64,000 nucleotides of DNA, from assembly GCF_963662555.1 (NCBI RefSeq), contig NZ_OY759719.1:576985-640984 (forward strand), in the 5' to 3' direction. Positions 29,511 to 39,933 of the stretch are shown in pieces (position 1 is the first letter of the stretch; each line of letters starts with the position of its first letter). The DNA is from Thiomicrorhabdus sp. Lineage in GTDB: Bacteria > Pseudomonadota > Gammaproteobacteria > Thiomicrospirales > Thiomicrospiraceae. The notes below the pieces were generated by a model, which worked only from the letters and a program-made list of their open reading frames with translations, was not told the DNA's origin and searched no databases. The position numbers were made by a program, and so were the translations under genes.

Positions 29511-30890
29511 TTGGAATCTTTAATGGAATACAAAGACAGTACTCAAAAATCTCTGTTACAACGGATTATTGTAGCGGGATTACTTACCTTAATTATTTGG
29601 GCACCATTGCCATTAGGCAGTAATCGAGACTGGTCAGCGGCATTATTAATACTATTGGTCGCAATCTTAGCTTTGTTATGGGCAATTCATCTATTTAAAC
29701 ATCCTGAATCAAATACCAAATTAAAATTACCAGGCCTGGTCATGTTGGCTATGTTGGTTTTTACTCAATTATGGGTTGGTTTTCAGTGGTTATTTGATCT
29801 ATCTGCCAGGCCTGGTCAAACCTTTCAATATCTCATGTTGGGCATTAGCTATACCTTAATGTTCTTAATGGTCATAAGCCTATTCAACACGCGTAAACGA
29901 TTAACCTTGTTATTAAGTGTGTTAGTTGCCAGTGGTGCTTTTCAAGCATTTTGGGGGGCGTCTATGGTTCTATCTCAGGTAGAGTGGCTTTTTGGCGTGC
30001 CAAAAGAGCATTATCTAGGCAAAGCCACGGGAACTTTTGTAAACCGTAATCATCTAGCAGGCTATTTAGAGATGACAATAGGCCTAGGAATCGGTTTGAT
30101 GTTAGCTTTGCGCGATGGTCAGCCTTTTCGTTGGCGAAACATTATCGAACTCTTGCTAGGCCCAAAAACCAAGTTGCGTTTAGCCTTGGTGATTATGGTG
30201 ATTGGTTTGGTCATGACACAATCAAGAATGGGCAATGCAGGCTTTTTTAGCAGTTTAATTATTGTGGGGGCGGTGTTTATTGCCATTACTAAGCAACACC
30301 GTTTACGTAACAGTATTTTGCTAGTCAGTTTTATCGTGATTGATATGATTGTTATTAGCCAATATTTTGGTTTGGAGCGTTTAAAAGACAGGCTAGTTAA
30401 TACCGAGGTCAGTGTAAGCCAAGAGGCAGACGGCAAATTAATTTTTGATATAAACGATTTACGAGGATTAGCATTTACCAACTCAATTCCATTAGCGGAA
30501 GAAAAGCCATGGATAGGTCATGGTGCTGGTAGTTTTGAAGTCGTTTTTATGGGCCATGCTGGGCCAAACTTTGGTGGGCATTTTGACCACGCTCACAATG
30601 ATTACATTCAATTTTGGGTTGAGTACGGTCTTATTGGTAGTTTGCCGTTGGTTATATTTACGCTAATCGCTTTATATCAAGCCTTTAGAGCCTTAAAAAA
30701 CAAACAATCAAACTATCGCAGTGGCGTGGGTTTTGGAGCGGCTATGGCGATGATAGCCATAATTATTCACTCTGCTTCTGATTTTAATTTACAAATTCCA
30801 GCCAATGCGATGACTTATGTTGTGGTCGCGGCTATTGCTGTATTAGCCAATACTCACAAAAATAAAAAACTAAGAAAACAAATCATTTAA
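29511..30890 (+). CDS. O-antigen ligase / Wzy_C-family membrane protein
   Basis: 459 aa from a TTG; ATG 29523 is more likely. It is polytopic, with a loop carrying FDHAHNDYIQFWVEYG, typical of the O-antigen ligase family. Confidence 0.75.
   Translation: MESLMEYKDSTQKSLLQRIIVAGLLTLIIWAPLPLGSNRDWSAALLILLVAILALLWAIHLFKHPESNTKLKLPGLVMLAMLVFTQLWVGFQWLFDLSARPGQTFQYLMLGISYTLMFLMVISLFNTRKRLTLLLSVLVASGAFQAFWGASMVLSQVEWLFGVPKEHYLGKATGTFVNRNHLAGYLEMTIGLGIGLMLALRDGQPFRWRNIIELLLGPKTKLRLALVIMVIGLVMTQSRMGNAGFFSSLIIVGAVFIAITKQHRLRNSILLVSFIVIDMIVISQYFGLERLKDRLVNTEVSVSQEADGKLIFDINDLRGLAFTNSIPLAEEKPWIGHGAGSFEVVFMGHAGPNFGGHFDHAHNDYIQFWVEYGLIGSLPLVIFTLIALYQAFRALKNKQSNYRSGVGFGAAMAMIAIIIHSASDFNLQIPANAMTYVVVAAIAVLANTHKNKKLRKQII
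29730..29739. repeat. CCAGGCCTGG palindrome, exact copy
   Basis: Inside the ligase-family CDS, read as P-G-L. Confidence 0.95.
29806..29815. repeat. CCAGGCCTGG palindrome, exact copy
   Basis: Inside the ligase-family CDS, read as R-P-G. Confidence 0.95.
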
Positions 30891-30992
30891 AAATCTAAAA
30901 AGTTTTAGAATTTTAAAGTCTTGCTAAGTATTATTTTGATTAAATGCGGGGAGCGTGCATACATGGTTTATTTTGCCTTGCCTTACTTTGTT

Positions 30993-31364
30993 TTAAACAA
31001 TAGGCTTTATACAGCGATTAAAATAATGCTTTAAAAGCAGCTTCCAAAGTATAAACGCGGTTACAACACCACTTAAATTCCCCAGCATATCGCCCTCGCT
31101 AAATTCACGACTAACTTGTAAATAATGCTGTAAATATTCCAGGCCTGGTGCACTTAAAAATAGAGCAAACCAAACCAACCAAATGCCTTTATTACAAAAG
31201 GCAAAACGGGTTACTAAACTAAAACCAAAAAAGGCAATAAAGTGCAGGTATTTATCTGAATGAGTAAATAAATTAGGCGGGCTTTCGGGGCGTAAAATAC
31301 CGTAAAGCAGTATGACTAAACATACTAAAAACAAAAAATAGCGAATACGATATAAAAAATGCAC
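30993..31364 (-). CDS. VanZ-like family membrane protein
   Basis: 123 aa with 4 predicted TM segments and a VanZ-like layout. Confidence 0.65.
   Translation of the reverse strand: MHFLYRIRYFLFLVCLVILLYGILRPESPPNLFTHSDKYLHFIAFFGFSLVTRFAFCNKGIWLVWFALFLSAPGLEYLQHYLQVSREFSEGDMLGNLSGVVTAFILWKLLLKHYFNRCIKPIV
31139..31148. repeat. CCAGGCCTGG palindrome, exact copy
   Basis: Inside the minus-strand VanZ-like CDS, read as P-G-L. Confidence 0.95.
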
Positions 31365-31512
31365 ATTAAAGCCTATTGAAGAAAATAAACTACCACACCC
31401 CGCAAGAGGGAATAAAGGCCTGGTAATTTATTTTGAGTGCTGAATTTTCAATGTCCAATTTAACATTGAATGCAAATTAAACGGCTAAACATCGACTTAT
31501 TATTGATAAAAT

Positions 31513-32967
31513 CTAATAAGCGTTTTTATTAATGAAACCTTTAAACACCGTCATAAATACAATCTTGAAATCCCACCATAGTGACCAGTTACGAATGTAT
31601 TGCAAATCGTATTCAACACGTTTTTCCATTTTTTCAATGGTATCGGTTTCACCACGCCAACCGTTGATTTGAGCCCAGCCGGTAATGCCTGGTTTTACTT
31701 TGTGTCTTAGCATGTAGTAATCCACCAGTTTACGGTATTCTTCATTATGTGCAACGGCGTGAGGACGGGGGCCAACAACAGACATTTTGCCAATCAAAAC
31801 ATCAAAAAACTGCGGCAATTCATCTAAAGAGGTTTTGCGTAAAAAAGCACCCACTTTGGTAATGCGGGTGTCATTTTTAGTGGCTTGAACCACTTTATCG
31901 GTATTTTCCATTACTTTCATGGATCTAAACTTATGAACCCCAATCTTTTTACCATCTAATCCATAACGGTCTTGTTTAAACAGAATCGGTCCTTTAGAGG
32001 TAGCTTTAATGGCTATTGCAATCGCTAAAAGAATCGGCGAGATTAATACCAAAACAAAAAGGCTAAAGACAATGTCAAATGAGCGTTTATAAAATTCTTT
32101 ACTGCCAGACAGAGGTTCTTCAAAAACACTAATAGTATCTAAGTTGCCTAAGGTACCAATATTGCCGTGCATTAAGGTGCTTAATAAAAAATCGGGCACC
32201 ATAAATACGTTTACTGTGGAGTCACTTAAAGTATGAATAATGCGTGCAATTCGGGTTTCAGCTATTAACGGTATGCAAATATAAACACTGTCTAAGGTGC
32301 CATCTTGGGCTAATTTTAAGGCATCACTTACATTGCCCTTAAGCTGGCTTAAGTCGCCTTTTAAACGTCCTTTATCTCGATCATCGTAAAAGCCAACAAA
32401 CTCCAAACCCAATTCAGGGTATTTTTCAATCTCTCTAAGTAACGTTCTCGCCACTGGGTTAAGGCCAATAATGGCCACCTTTCTTAAATTAATCCCTTGT
32501 TTATATAAATTTCTTTTAGTGTGGCGAAAAATGAGTCGCCAGCCAACAAAGCCAATTAAAGAGAAAATATACCAACTAAAAATAACAAGACGAGAGAATT
32601 GTTCACTCTCTTTAATCAAAAATAGGGTGGAGGTGAGTAGTAAAAAACTTAACGTAGTTGATGCAAAAATCACCATTACTCGTTGGGTAAATTTTCCTAA
32701 ACGTAGTTTACGATAAAGTCCCATCGCTTCAGTTAAATACAAGAAAAAAACTAAAGTAAGGGTAAGAACCATTACATGATTATTATTAAAAGTTAAGCCG
32801 TACACACTAACAATAATAATAAGTGTTATTACCAAAATAGTGATATCAAATATACGAAAAATTGAAGGTGCATTGTCGTTTGACCGTAATCCAGTAGTAG
32901 CTTGAATCATCCTTAACCCACTTAAATTGATTGAATACAGAAAACTAAATTGAGTAATGCTTAACAA
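31513..32967 (-). CDS. polyprenyl-phosphate hexose-1-phosphate transferase (WcaJ/GumD-type priming enzyme)
   Basis: 484 aa. N-terminal TM bundle and a C-terminal bacterial sugar-transferase domain ([23 protein letters not shown]). The true start is probably the internal Met near 32910. Confidence 0.85.
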   Translation of the reverse strand: MLSITQFSFLYSINLSGLRMIQATTGLRSNDNAPSIFRIFDITILVITLIIIVSVYGLTFNNNHVMVLTLTLVFFLYLTEAMGLYRKLRLGKFTQRVMVIFASTTLSFLLLTSTLFLIKESEQFSRLVIFSWYIFSLIGFVGWRLIFRHTKRNLYKQGINLRKVAIIGLNPVARTLLREIEKYPELGLEFVGFYDDRDKGRLKGDLSQLKGNVSDALKLAQDGTLDSVYICIPLIAETRIARIIHTLSDSTVNVFMVPDFLLSTLMHGNIGTLGNLDTISVFEEPLSGSKEFYKRSFDIVFSLFVLVLISPILLAIAIAIKATSKGPILFKQDRYGLDGKKIGVHKFRSMKVMENTDKVVQATKNDTRITKVGAFLRKTSLDELPQFFDVLIGKMSVVGPRPHAVAHNEEYRKLVDYYMLRHKVKPGITGWAQINGWRGETDTIEKMEKRVEYDLQYIRNWSLWWDFKIVFMTVFKGFINKNAY

Positions 32968-33159
32968 CGTAAAAGAACATCAATGCTGAATCTAAATTCT
33001 AGCATACGATGTTATAAATGATTAGTAAAAATAGGTAATGAATAAAAATAAATGATAGTGTAAGAAATAAATTGTTTACAACATAATGCAAAAGGGTATA
33101 AAAACCAGATAAAAGAGCTTATAAAATCAAGCTAAATCGAGATAGAAGGTAAAGCAATG

Positions 33160-33575
33160 TTAAGTTTTGCGGTTAAATACCTTCTTCTCCCAAGCCCAGG
33201 CGTGATTAATAATGGTTTCTAAATCTGCATATTTGGGTTTCCACCCCAATAAAGTTTTAGCTTGAGTCGCATCGACAACTAAAACAGCCGGGTCGCCCGC
33301 TCGGCGTTCGCCGTCTTCAACCGTTAGGCTATAACCATCTTTTGCTACTACCTTAACTACGGCATCAATTACTTGTTGAACCGAGAACCCTTGACCATTT
33401 CCTAAGTTATAGGCCAAAGCCCCACGGCCTTTTCCAGATTGAATAAACTCTAAAGCCAAGGCATGTGCAGAACACAAGTCATTGATGTGAATATAGTCAC
33501 GAATACAAGTACCATCGTCAGTAGTGTAATCTCGTCCAAAAACAGTAATCGATTTTCTACGTCCAGAAGCGGCTT
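33160..33575 (-). pseudogene. galE: UDP-glucose 4-epimerase remnant (C-terminal ~40% only)
   Basis: Own translation gives ...SGRRKSITVFGRDYTTDDGTCIRDYIHINDLCSAHALALE...GDPAVLVVDATQAKTLLGWKP, which matches the GalE C-terminal half. There is no Rossmann N-terminus. The open frame runs straight into the manC stop at 33582. Confidence 0.75.
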
Positions 33576-33581
33576 GTAAAA

Positions 33582-34967
33582 TTAACGTCCGTAAACATCT
33601 TCAATACGCACAATATCATCTTCGCCAGTGTATTCACCCACTTGCACTTCAACCATCACTAAATCGATTTTGCCTTCGTTTTCTAAGCGGTGGGTTTGGC
33701 CCATTTTTATGTAGGTCGATTCATTTGGACGTACTAAACAACGATTATCGTCCACGGTGACCGTTGCTGTACCTGAAACCACAATCCAGTGCTCATTACG
33801 GTGAAAATGCTTTTGTAACGATAAACGTCCGCCCGGCTTAACAATAATGCGTTTTACTTTATACCCTTCGGTGTTCACTAACACTTCATAAGAACCCCAA
33901 GGACGGAATGCCAAGCGGTGAATGTCGGCTAATTCAGGGGACTGTTTTTTGATTTTGGCCACAACGGCTTTTACCTTTTGCGAACTGCCTTTTTTAGAGA
34001 CTAAAATCGCATCAGAGGTATCCACCACTAATAGATCTTCTACGTCCACTAAAGCAATTTGGCGTTCACGTGCCACAATTAGATTATTGGTTGAATCAAT
34101 ACAAATTGGTTCGGGTGAATCATCTAAACGCGATAACACGGCATTTTGCAGGCCTGGTTGTTTTACTTCATCATATAAAGCATCAAAACTCCCAAGGTCA
34201 GACCAACCCATATCACAAGGCACGACTTTCACTTTTTGGGATTGTTCCATTACCGCATAATCAATACTGTCTTCTGGTATGGCGTTCATCGCATCCAGTT
34301 CAATGCGAATTTCAGCATCACAACCATCTTTTGGCATAGCTTTTTCACAGGCCTGGTACATCTCTGGAGCATATTGTTTAAGCTCGTCTAAAAATACACC
34401 CGCTTTAAAACAGAACATGCCTGAATTCCAATAATAGTTACCTTGGTCAATATACGATTGAGCGGTATCGGCATCGGGCTTTTCTTTAAACGATAAAACA
34501 TCATGACCATTGGCTTCAATATAGCCAAAGCCTACTTCTGGATAAGTCGGTTTAATACCAAACGTCACCAAATTACCTTGTTCTGCTAACGCTTTAGCTT
34601 CTGAAATTGCAGCTTCATAAGCGGCTTGGTCTTTTACTAAATGGTCTGAGGTGGTGACTAACACTAAATCATCAGAGTCTAATGCCATACACGCCAAAGC
34701 AATTGCAGGGGCAGTATTACGTCCAACGGGTTCTAATAAAAATTGAGCCGAGTGAGAATTGATTTGATCTAACTGATCAACCGCTAAAAAATATTGTTCA
34801 TTATTCGATACCACAAAGGCATGTGAACACACAGGCTGGTTTCTTAACACAGTATCTTGAAACAAGGAGCGATTATTAAATAAACGCACAAATTGCTTAG
34901 GCAACATAGTACGGCTTAAAGGCCAAAGACGTGTTCCAGAACCGCCGCAGAGGATGATGTTAATCAT
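33582..34967 (-). CDS. manC: mannose-1-phosphate guanylyltransferase / mannose-6-phosphate isomerase
   Basis: 461 aa with CGGSGTRLWPLSR and a C-terminal cupin domain. Confidence 0.95.
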   Translation of the reverse strand: MINIILCGGSGTRLWPLSRTMLPKQFVRLFNNRSLFQDTVLRNQPVCSHAFVVSNNEQYFLAVDQLDQINSHSAQFLLEPVGRNTAPAIALACMALDSDDLVLVTTSDHLVKDQAAYEAAISEAKALAEQGNLVTFGIKPTYPEVGFGYIEANGHDVLSFKEKPDADTAQSYIDQGNYYWNSGMFCFKAGVFLDELKQYAPEMYQACEKAMPKDGCDAEIRIELDAMNAIPEDSIDYAVMEQSQKVKVVPCDMGWSDLGSFDALYDEVKQPGLQNAVLSRLDDSPEPICIDSTNNLIVARERQIALVDVEDLLVVDTSDAILVSKKGSSQKVKAVVAKIKKQSPELADIHRLAFRPWGSYEVLVNTEGYKVKRIIVKPGGRLSLQKHFHRNEHWIVVSGTATVTVDDNRCLVRPNESTYIKMGQTHRLENEGKIDLVMVEVQVGEYTGEDDIVRIEDVYGR

Positions 34968-35312
34968 AAGTTGCTCCTAAATTTTATATTACTGAGGTAA
35001 ATTATAGATTGTTAAATTAGGTTTTTAGGTTTTTTTACGTAATAAAAGAAAAAATTAATTTACGGTGAGTAGGTGAGTGAGTTCATAGCAAGCATAGGTA
35101 AATTTTAACATTGCCGTTGAATCGTTTATTAAAAGCATTAAACAAACTTAAACTTTAGCAAAATAAATTGTGGGTGATTTACAATAATAAGAGATTTAAT
35201 TCTGTAATTAAACGAGTACCCATCCGGGGTACTTATTAAAAACAGTCAAGCCTACTAACTGGACAAACTATATAGAAAATTGGGGTAAGTCAGCCTAAAA
35301 GGAATCGTTTCA

Positions 35313-37508
35313 ATGACAGAATTAAAACCAACCGATTTATCTCAAAAAGTAGAAGAGTGCAAAAAACTTTCAGAGTGGACTTGTAACCTCAAAAGCCTTT
35401 ATAACAATAACAGTGTTTCATCAATAAAATACCTTTCCGCAATAGACCCATTAGTAATCAACTCAGTAAATGTAAATAATTACCGAGAGGGTTTAGAAGG
35501 TGGAGGAGGTATGTTTTATTGGAATGCTAGCAAAGATAAAACACATCATAATGGATCTAATGTAATAGACCCCTTAAGACCTTTTCCAACTAATTGGGAA
35601 GATGAAAAGCAAGTGTTTGAATGGCTTGCAAAAGGTGAGGGTTTTGGCTGTTGGATTAGGCAAAAAACGTCAAAATCACCAAGCACTCACGTTTTCTTCA
35701 AAAATACATCAGAAATGATAAAAACCATAAATTCACCAGCAAATATTATAGAACTTGAAATTGGTGATATATGCACTACAGGCTCAACAAAGTGGAAAGT
35801 AGTTGAACTCGATTCACCATTCAGTTTAGAGCACCTTAAGCCACTAGATGATGTTTATGTTGAAGATTTCAATGATGGTGTTTTAAGTCAATCTGAGTAT
35901 ATTTCAAAAGCACATAATTACTGCATGCTAACAAATATTAGGGCGAGATTAGTTTTTGATGAAAAAGTAACCTATGCAATATCTCCAAGTTATTCATTTA
36001 CGATATATGTCGAGTCAGGCGGTTGGTATTGCTCTGGAAATTGTCACATGTATTGGACAGACAATCCAACACAAGGTTTCGCAATCAAAGTTAGAGGTAG
36101 ATACACTACTTCAACAAATTACTCTACTAGAGTTAATGATTCTAATTATAAGCCGTTAGAAGGGTTTACTTTTGGGCAAAATGGGATAATGCGTTCTGGC
36201 TCAGGTTTACAAATAGGCCATGCTAATGCAAGACAATCAACAGATGGTGTCGTTGTAACTAGTAAGTTTATAATCTCAAGAGTTAACGTTATTGATTTTG
36301 ATGATGTTATCGACTTATGGAATGGGTCATGGGCTTTTGAACTGCACCATGTTAATACTATTGGCGGCTCTTGGAGAACCCCAAGTTACTTTAGAGGAAT
36401 TGATTTTGGCGAAAATATAAAACTGAATCATTGCTTTATTGCGGATAACCATAAACGCATAGATGGAGGTATAGGTAAGGTAGTATTCTCAGCTGGAGAA
36501 TACTATATTTCAGGGGGGTCATTCGATAATATGAGGGTGGTCGTTGAGGGGGACTCTAACGTAAAAATGTTTGCTCCACATTTTGAAAATCCAGCTTCAA
36601 CAGCTAAAAATAAAAGGTTTTTAGAAGTAACAGGTAATCATGCTAGTTGCGTATTAGATAATCCAACAATTGTTATACGAAACACAGATATCTATAGCAC
36701 CATGTTTTATTGCAAAGCTGGTACAGGCTCAAATAAACATGCCTGGTCAGGTGGCTTAACATTAAACAATCCCCAATACCAAGCGGTAAAAAAATATCGT
36801 CCAGATCTCGCTTTAGTTAAAAGTAAAGCAGATAGAACTACCTATGAAGGTGATGGCTATCAAGAATTGGTTGGCGGCGGCGGCAGAGTTTATCTTACTG
36901 GGCAGGCATACATAAACTCAATGTTTCAAACATTCTTTCCAATACCTATTTCAAGGTCATTAGTAGGTAGAAGTTTAGATAATTGTGATTTTGAAATGGA
37001 TGATATTGGTAGCTCACCTTCTTTTTGGACTGTTAATAATACAGCACCGTATTCAGCCTCAGCTATTGTAAGTGATGATTATTATTGGGTTGGCACACGA
37101 AGCCTTAAGACAATTTGCGATTATGACGGAGATAAAACATGGAATTCATCACAAGTTGAGCAAGAAATAAACTGTAATTCAGGTAATTTAGTATTGGCTT
37201 TCGGTAAGGTAAAGTGGGTAACAGAGAACACTAATGGTTCTACTGGAGATATAACAGGTAAAGTTACCAGTGCTTTAGATTTTTATGATGCTAATGGTAA
37301 ATACATAAGTACTGGAGGGTCTACTAAACATAAAGTATTAAACAGTTCAACAAGTTCCTATGACGGTTGGATTGACATAAAACTCATTGGGCATGCACCT
37401 ACGGGCACCAGATTCGTTAGGTTAAATTTAATATCATTTTCTACATCAAAAAATCCAAATAAAAAGATTGTTACTTATTGGGATAGCTTAGTTTTAAATG
37501 TAATTTAA
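35313..37508 (+). CDS. orphan 731-aa protein: predicted right-handed beta-helix (tailspike/pectate-lyase-like) plus C-terminal CBM4_9-like jelly-roll; no signal peptide
   Basis: It is a long ORF with an SD (aaagga). The centre has repetitive Gly/Asn/Ile-rich strand patterns (IDFGENIKLNHCFIADN.., ISGGSFDNMRVVVEGDSNV..). The C-terminal ~180 aa (NCDFEMDD..FWTV..YWDSLVLNV) looks like a carbohydrate-binding module. The function is not established. Confidence 0.5.
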   Translation: MTELKPTDLSQKVEECKKLSEWTCNLKSLYNNNSVSSIKYLSAIDPLVINSVNVNNYREGLEGGGGMFYWNASKDKTHHNGSNVIDPLRPFPTNWEDEKQVFEWLAKGEGFGCWIRQKTSKSPSTHVFFKNTSEMIKTINSPANIIELEIGDICTTGSTKWKVVELDSPFSLEHLKPLDDVYVEDFNDGVLSQSEYISKAHNYCMLTNIRARLVFDEKVTYAISPSYSFTIYVESGGWYCSGNCHMYWTDNPTQGFAIKVRGRYTTSTNYSTRVNDSNYKPLEGFTFGQNGIMRSGSGLQIGHANARQSTDGVVVTSKFIISRVNVIDFDDVIDLWNGSWAFELHHVNTIGGSWRTPSYFRGIDFGENIKLNHCFIADNHKRIDGGIGKVVFSAGEYYISGGSFDNMRVVVEGDSNVKMFAPHFENPASTAKNKRFLEVTGNHASCVLDNPTIVIRNTDIYSTMFYCKAGTGSNKHAWSGGLTLNNPQYQAVKKYRPDLALVKSKADRTTYEGDGYQELVGGGGRVYLTGQAYINSMFQTFFPIPISRSLVGRSLDNCDFEMDDIGSSPSFWTVNNTAPYSASAIVSDDYYWVGTRSLKTICDYDGDKTWNSSQVEQEINCNSGNLVLAFGKVKWVTENTNGSTGDITGKVTSALDFYDANGKYISTGGSTKHKVLNSSTSSYDGWIDIKLIGHAPTGTRFVRLNLISFSTSKNPNKKIVTYWDSLVLNVI

Positions 37509-37574
37509 ATTGAATTACTTAAGCAGAATACAATGTCTCAAAGAGGTATATCAAAATTGCCGCAGAAGATGATG

Positions 37575-38867
37575 TTAAGCATTTTTTTGATGATCTTTAG
37601 CTAGACTGTTATATCTGAGATAAAGAAAAGACAGGGCTAGTGCAGCAATATAACGAGTCTCAATTGAAATGAAAAACATAGTACTCAGCATTAAAAATAT
37701 CAGTACGGTAAATTCTAATTTACTATTGGTGATTATAAATACTTTTAAAAGTCTAAAAACAAACTTTATATAGAAATATAAAAAAACTAATCCACCATAA
37801 ATTAACCAGTCAAAAAAGAAACTTTTTGTTGATACACCATCTGTTTGACCAACGATTAGATATTGTGTGAACTCACTGAAATTTAAATCGCCTGGAAACA
37901 AAGAATTCATAATATCCATAGCTGTATGTCCATTTTCATATATAGACGGTAAATAACCAAAAAATCCTGCACCAAAAGGATTGGTAACTAATGTAATTAA
38001 TGATGTCAAAATGACTGTAGAACGTGTAGCAATGCTGTTGTACTTTTCTATATCTCTTGTGATGGTGTCTTCTAATGTTAATTGTAGGAAATAGAAAATT
38101 AAAATGCTAAATATAAAAGCTAAAATTATTTTAAAAGCGGGATGAGTTTTAGAAAAAAAAGCAAAGGTAATTCCTATAGCAACCATAAATCCTATAATTG
38201 ATCCCTTAGAAGTTATTAACAAGCAAGTTAATATTATGATGGGGATAAATATCAAGTTATTCAGTTTTTTGGCAGCAAGAAACATTAAAAATATTAATAC
38301 AAATTGAAAACCAAAATTACTAGCTTCTAATGTAAAGCCTCGCATTCTATCAACTGATAGTGCACTTGAATATTGAATAAAAGATGTGTTATTAATCAAG
38401 TCTGGTACCAATAAATTAATAAAGAAAGATAACATTACAACACTAAATGTAATATATATGCCTTTCTTCATTACCTCTTCAGTCTGCATTGATCCTATTA
38501 TAAAAACGGTAATAAGAGGGATTGTTAACAGCAAAAACCTAATACCGCGATCGACTAAAAAATACATGTCATATTCATCAATATAAAAAAACAATACTGC
38601 TAAGGAATAAATAATCATAAAGAAAATATATTTAATAATAAAAAATGAACTTTTATTTAGTGATTTAGCTTTGTAGATAATATAAGTTAAAAAGAAAGGA
38701 ACAAGTAAAAAAGACAGCGGGGCTGTAAATACACCACCTATGCTTGCAAGTGACGTATTTTCAAATGGAATCGTTAAGCATAGTAAGTAGAATGGAATAT
38801 TCTTAATTGAAATACGCATAATGCTTGAGTTTTGTGGTTGGAAAACATTAGGCATAAAGTTTCTCAA
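37575..38867 (-). CDS. wzy: Wzy-type polysaccharide polymerase candidate (polytopic membrane protein)
   Basis: 430 aa, at least 10 TM segments, very AT-rich. The assignment rests on topology and its position in a wzx-containing cluster. Confidence 0.55.
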   Translation of the reverse strand: MRNFMPNVFQPQNSSIMRISIKNIPFYLLCLTIPFENTSLASIGGVFTAPLSFLLVPFFLTYIIYKAKSLNKSSFFIIKYIFFMIIYSLAVLFFYIDEYDMYFLVDRGIRFLLLTIPLITVFIIGSMQTEEVMKKGIYITFSVVMLSFFINLLVPDLINNTSFIQYSSALSVDRMRGFTLEASNFGFQFVLIFLMFLAAKKLNNLIFIPIIILTCLLITSKGSIIGFMVAIGITFAFFSKTHPAFKIILAFIFSILIFYFLQLTLEDTITRDIEKYNSIATRSTVILTSLITLVTNPFGAGFFGYLPSIYENGHTAMDIMNSLFPGDLNFSEFTQYLIVGQTDGVSTKSFFFDWLIYGGLVFLYFYIKFVFRLLKVFIITNSKLEFTVLIFLMLSTMFFISIETRYIAALALSFLYLRYNSLAKDHQKNA

Positions 38868-39933
38868 AATTAAGTAAGTAGTTTTTATTCATAATGTCTT
38901 CGTGAAAGTTTTCATAAAAATAATTTAAACAATCTTCTGAGCTAATTTTTTTATAAAGTTCTTTGTTTATCACGTCTTTAAAATTCTTTTCTAAAGAAGC
39001 TCTATCTTTCGCATCAAACAACCATCCAGTTTTAGAGTTAAGCATAAAAGGTAGTGACCCTACGGCTGATGCAAATACAGGTTTACCATTTCGTAAAGCC
39101 TCGGCCACGATTAAGCCAAACCCTTCCCAAAGGGAAGGTACAATAACAAAATCCGTTTCTTTAAAATAGTAATCTAAATTATCATTTGCTACCCAACCAA
39201 GTTGTATTATTTTGACATTATCGATGGCTTGGTCTAATACTTCGTAAAGTTCAGGGCTATCATTTCTTACGGGTTCACCAATAATTGTAAACTCGATTTC
39301 TTTATTTAGATTGTGAGATATGCTTTTGATCGTCGTTAAAAATTCATATAAACCTTTTTGGCGATCTAACCGCCCAACAAATAAAACTTTTACATTTGAA
39401 GTTTGTCGTGCTTTGGTTTCATTAGATGATTCAACTGAACTTGCCCGTACACCATTCCAATTTAATACCAATTTGTTTTTTGATAGACCTGCTGAATAAG
39501 CTGAATTTAAGTCAGACTGAGAAATACAAAAAACAATATCACTGAAATGTGTTAAAAGTTTTTCTGTAAAAATATAAAGATTGTTTTTAAAGCTTTTTTT
39601 ATCTTCTTCCATATCAAAAGCCCAGCCATGGCTGCAATAAACTACTTTAATATTGAACAATTTAGCGTATGGATAGACAAGTATTCTGAGTAGGCCTGCA
39701 AAAGTACTATGTAGAAAAATTACATCGTATGATTTTAAATTAACTTTAAAAAACAATATATAGCAAAGGGTTAAGAGGTTTTTTAGACGACTTTTTTTAT
39801 CTGTAATATCAATAATTGAAATATCATAGCCAACAGCCAAAAACTCATTTTTTAATTTTTTTGAACGTGATAAAGAACCAAAATAAGTTTCTATGCCACC
39901 TTTCGTAGTTTCAGCAACATTTAAAACTTTCAT
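38848..39933 (-). CDS. glycosyltransferase family 4
   Basis: 361 aa with the EGFGLIVAEALRNGKPVF (E-x7-E) motif. Confidence 0.85.
   Translation of the reverse strand: MKVLNVAETTKGGIETYFGSLSRSKKLKNEFLAVGYDISIIDITDKKSRLKNLLTLCYILFFKVNLKSYDVIFLHSTFAGLLRILVYPYAKLFNIKVVYCSHGWAFDMEEDKKSFKNNLYIFTEKLLTHFSDIVFCISQSDLNSAYSAGLSKNKLVLNWNGVRASSVESSNETKARQTSNVKVLFVGRLDRQKGLYEFLTTIKSISHNLNKEIEFTIIGEPVRNDSPELYEVLDQAIDNVKIIQLGWVANDNLDYYFKETDFVIVPSLWEGFGLIVAEALRNGKPVFASAVGSLPFMLNSKTGWLFDAKDRASLEKNFKDVINKELYKKISSEDCLNYFYENFHEDIMNKNYLLNFEKLYA

Noticed and set aside
35313-37508. A prophage remnant as an explanation for the tailspike-like 731-aa gene.
   Set aside because: No other phage-like genes (capsid, terminase, integrase, baseplate) flank it. 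It is embedded between manC and wzy. Domestication remains possible, but a resident prophage is not supported.
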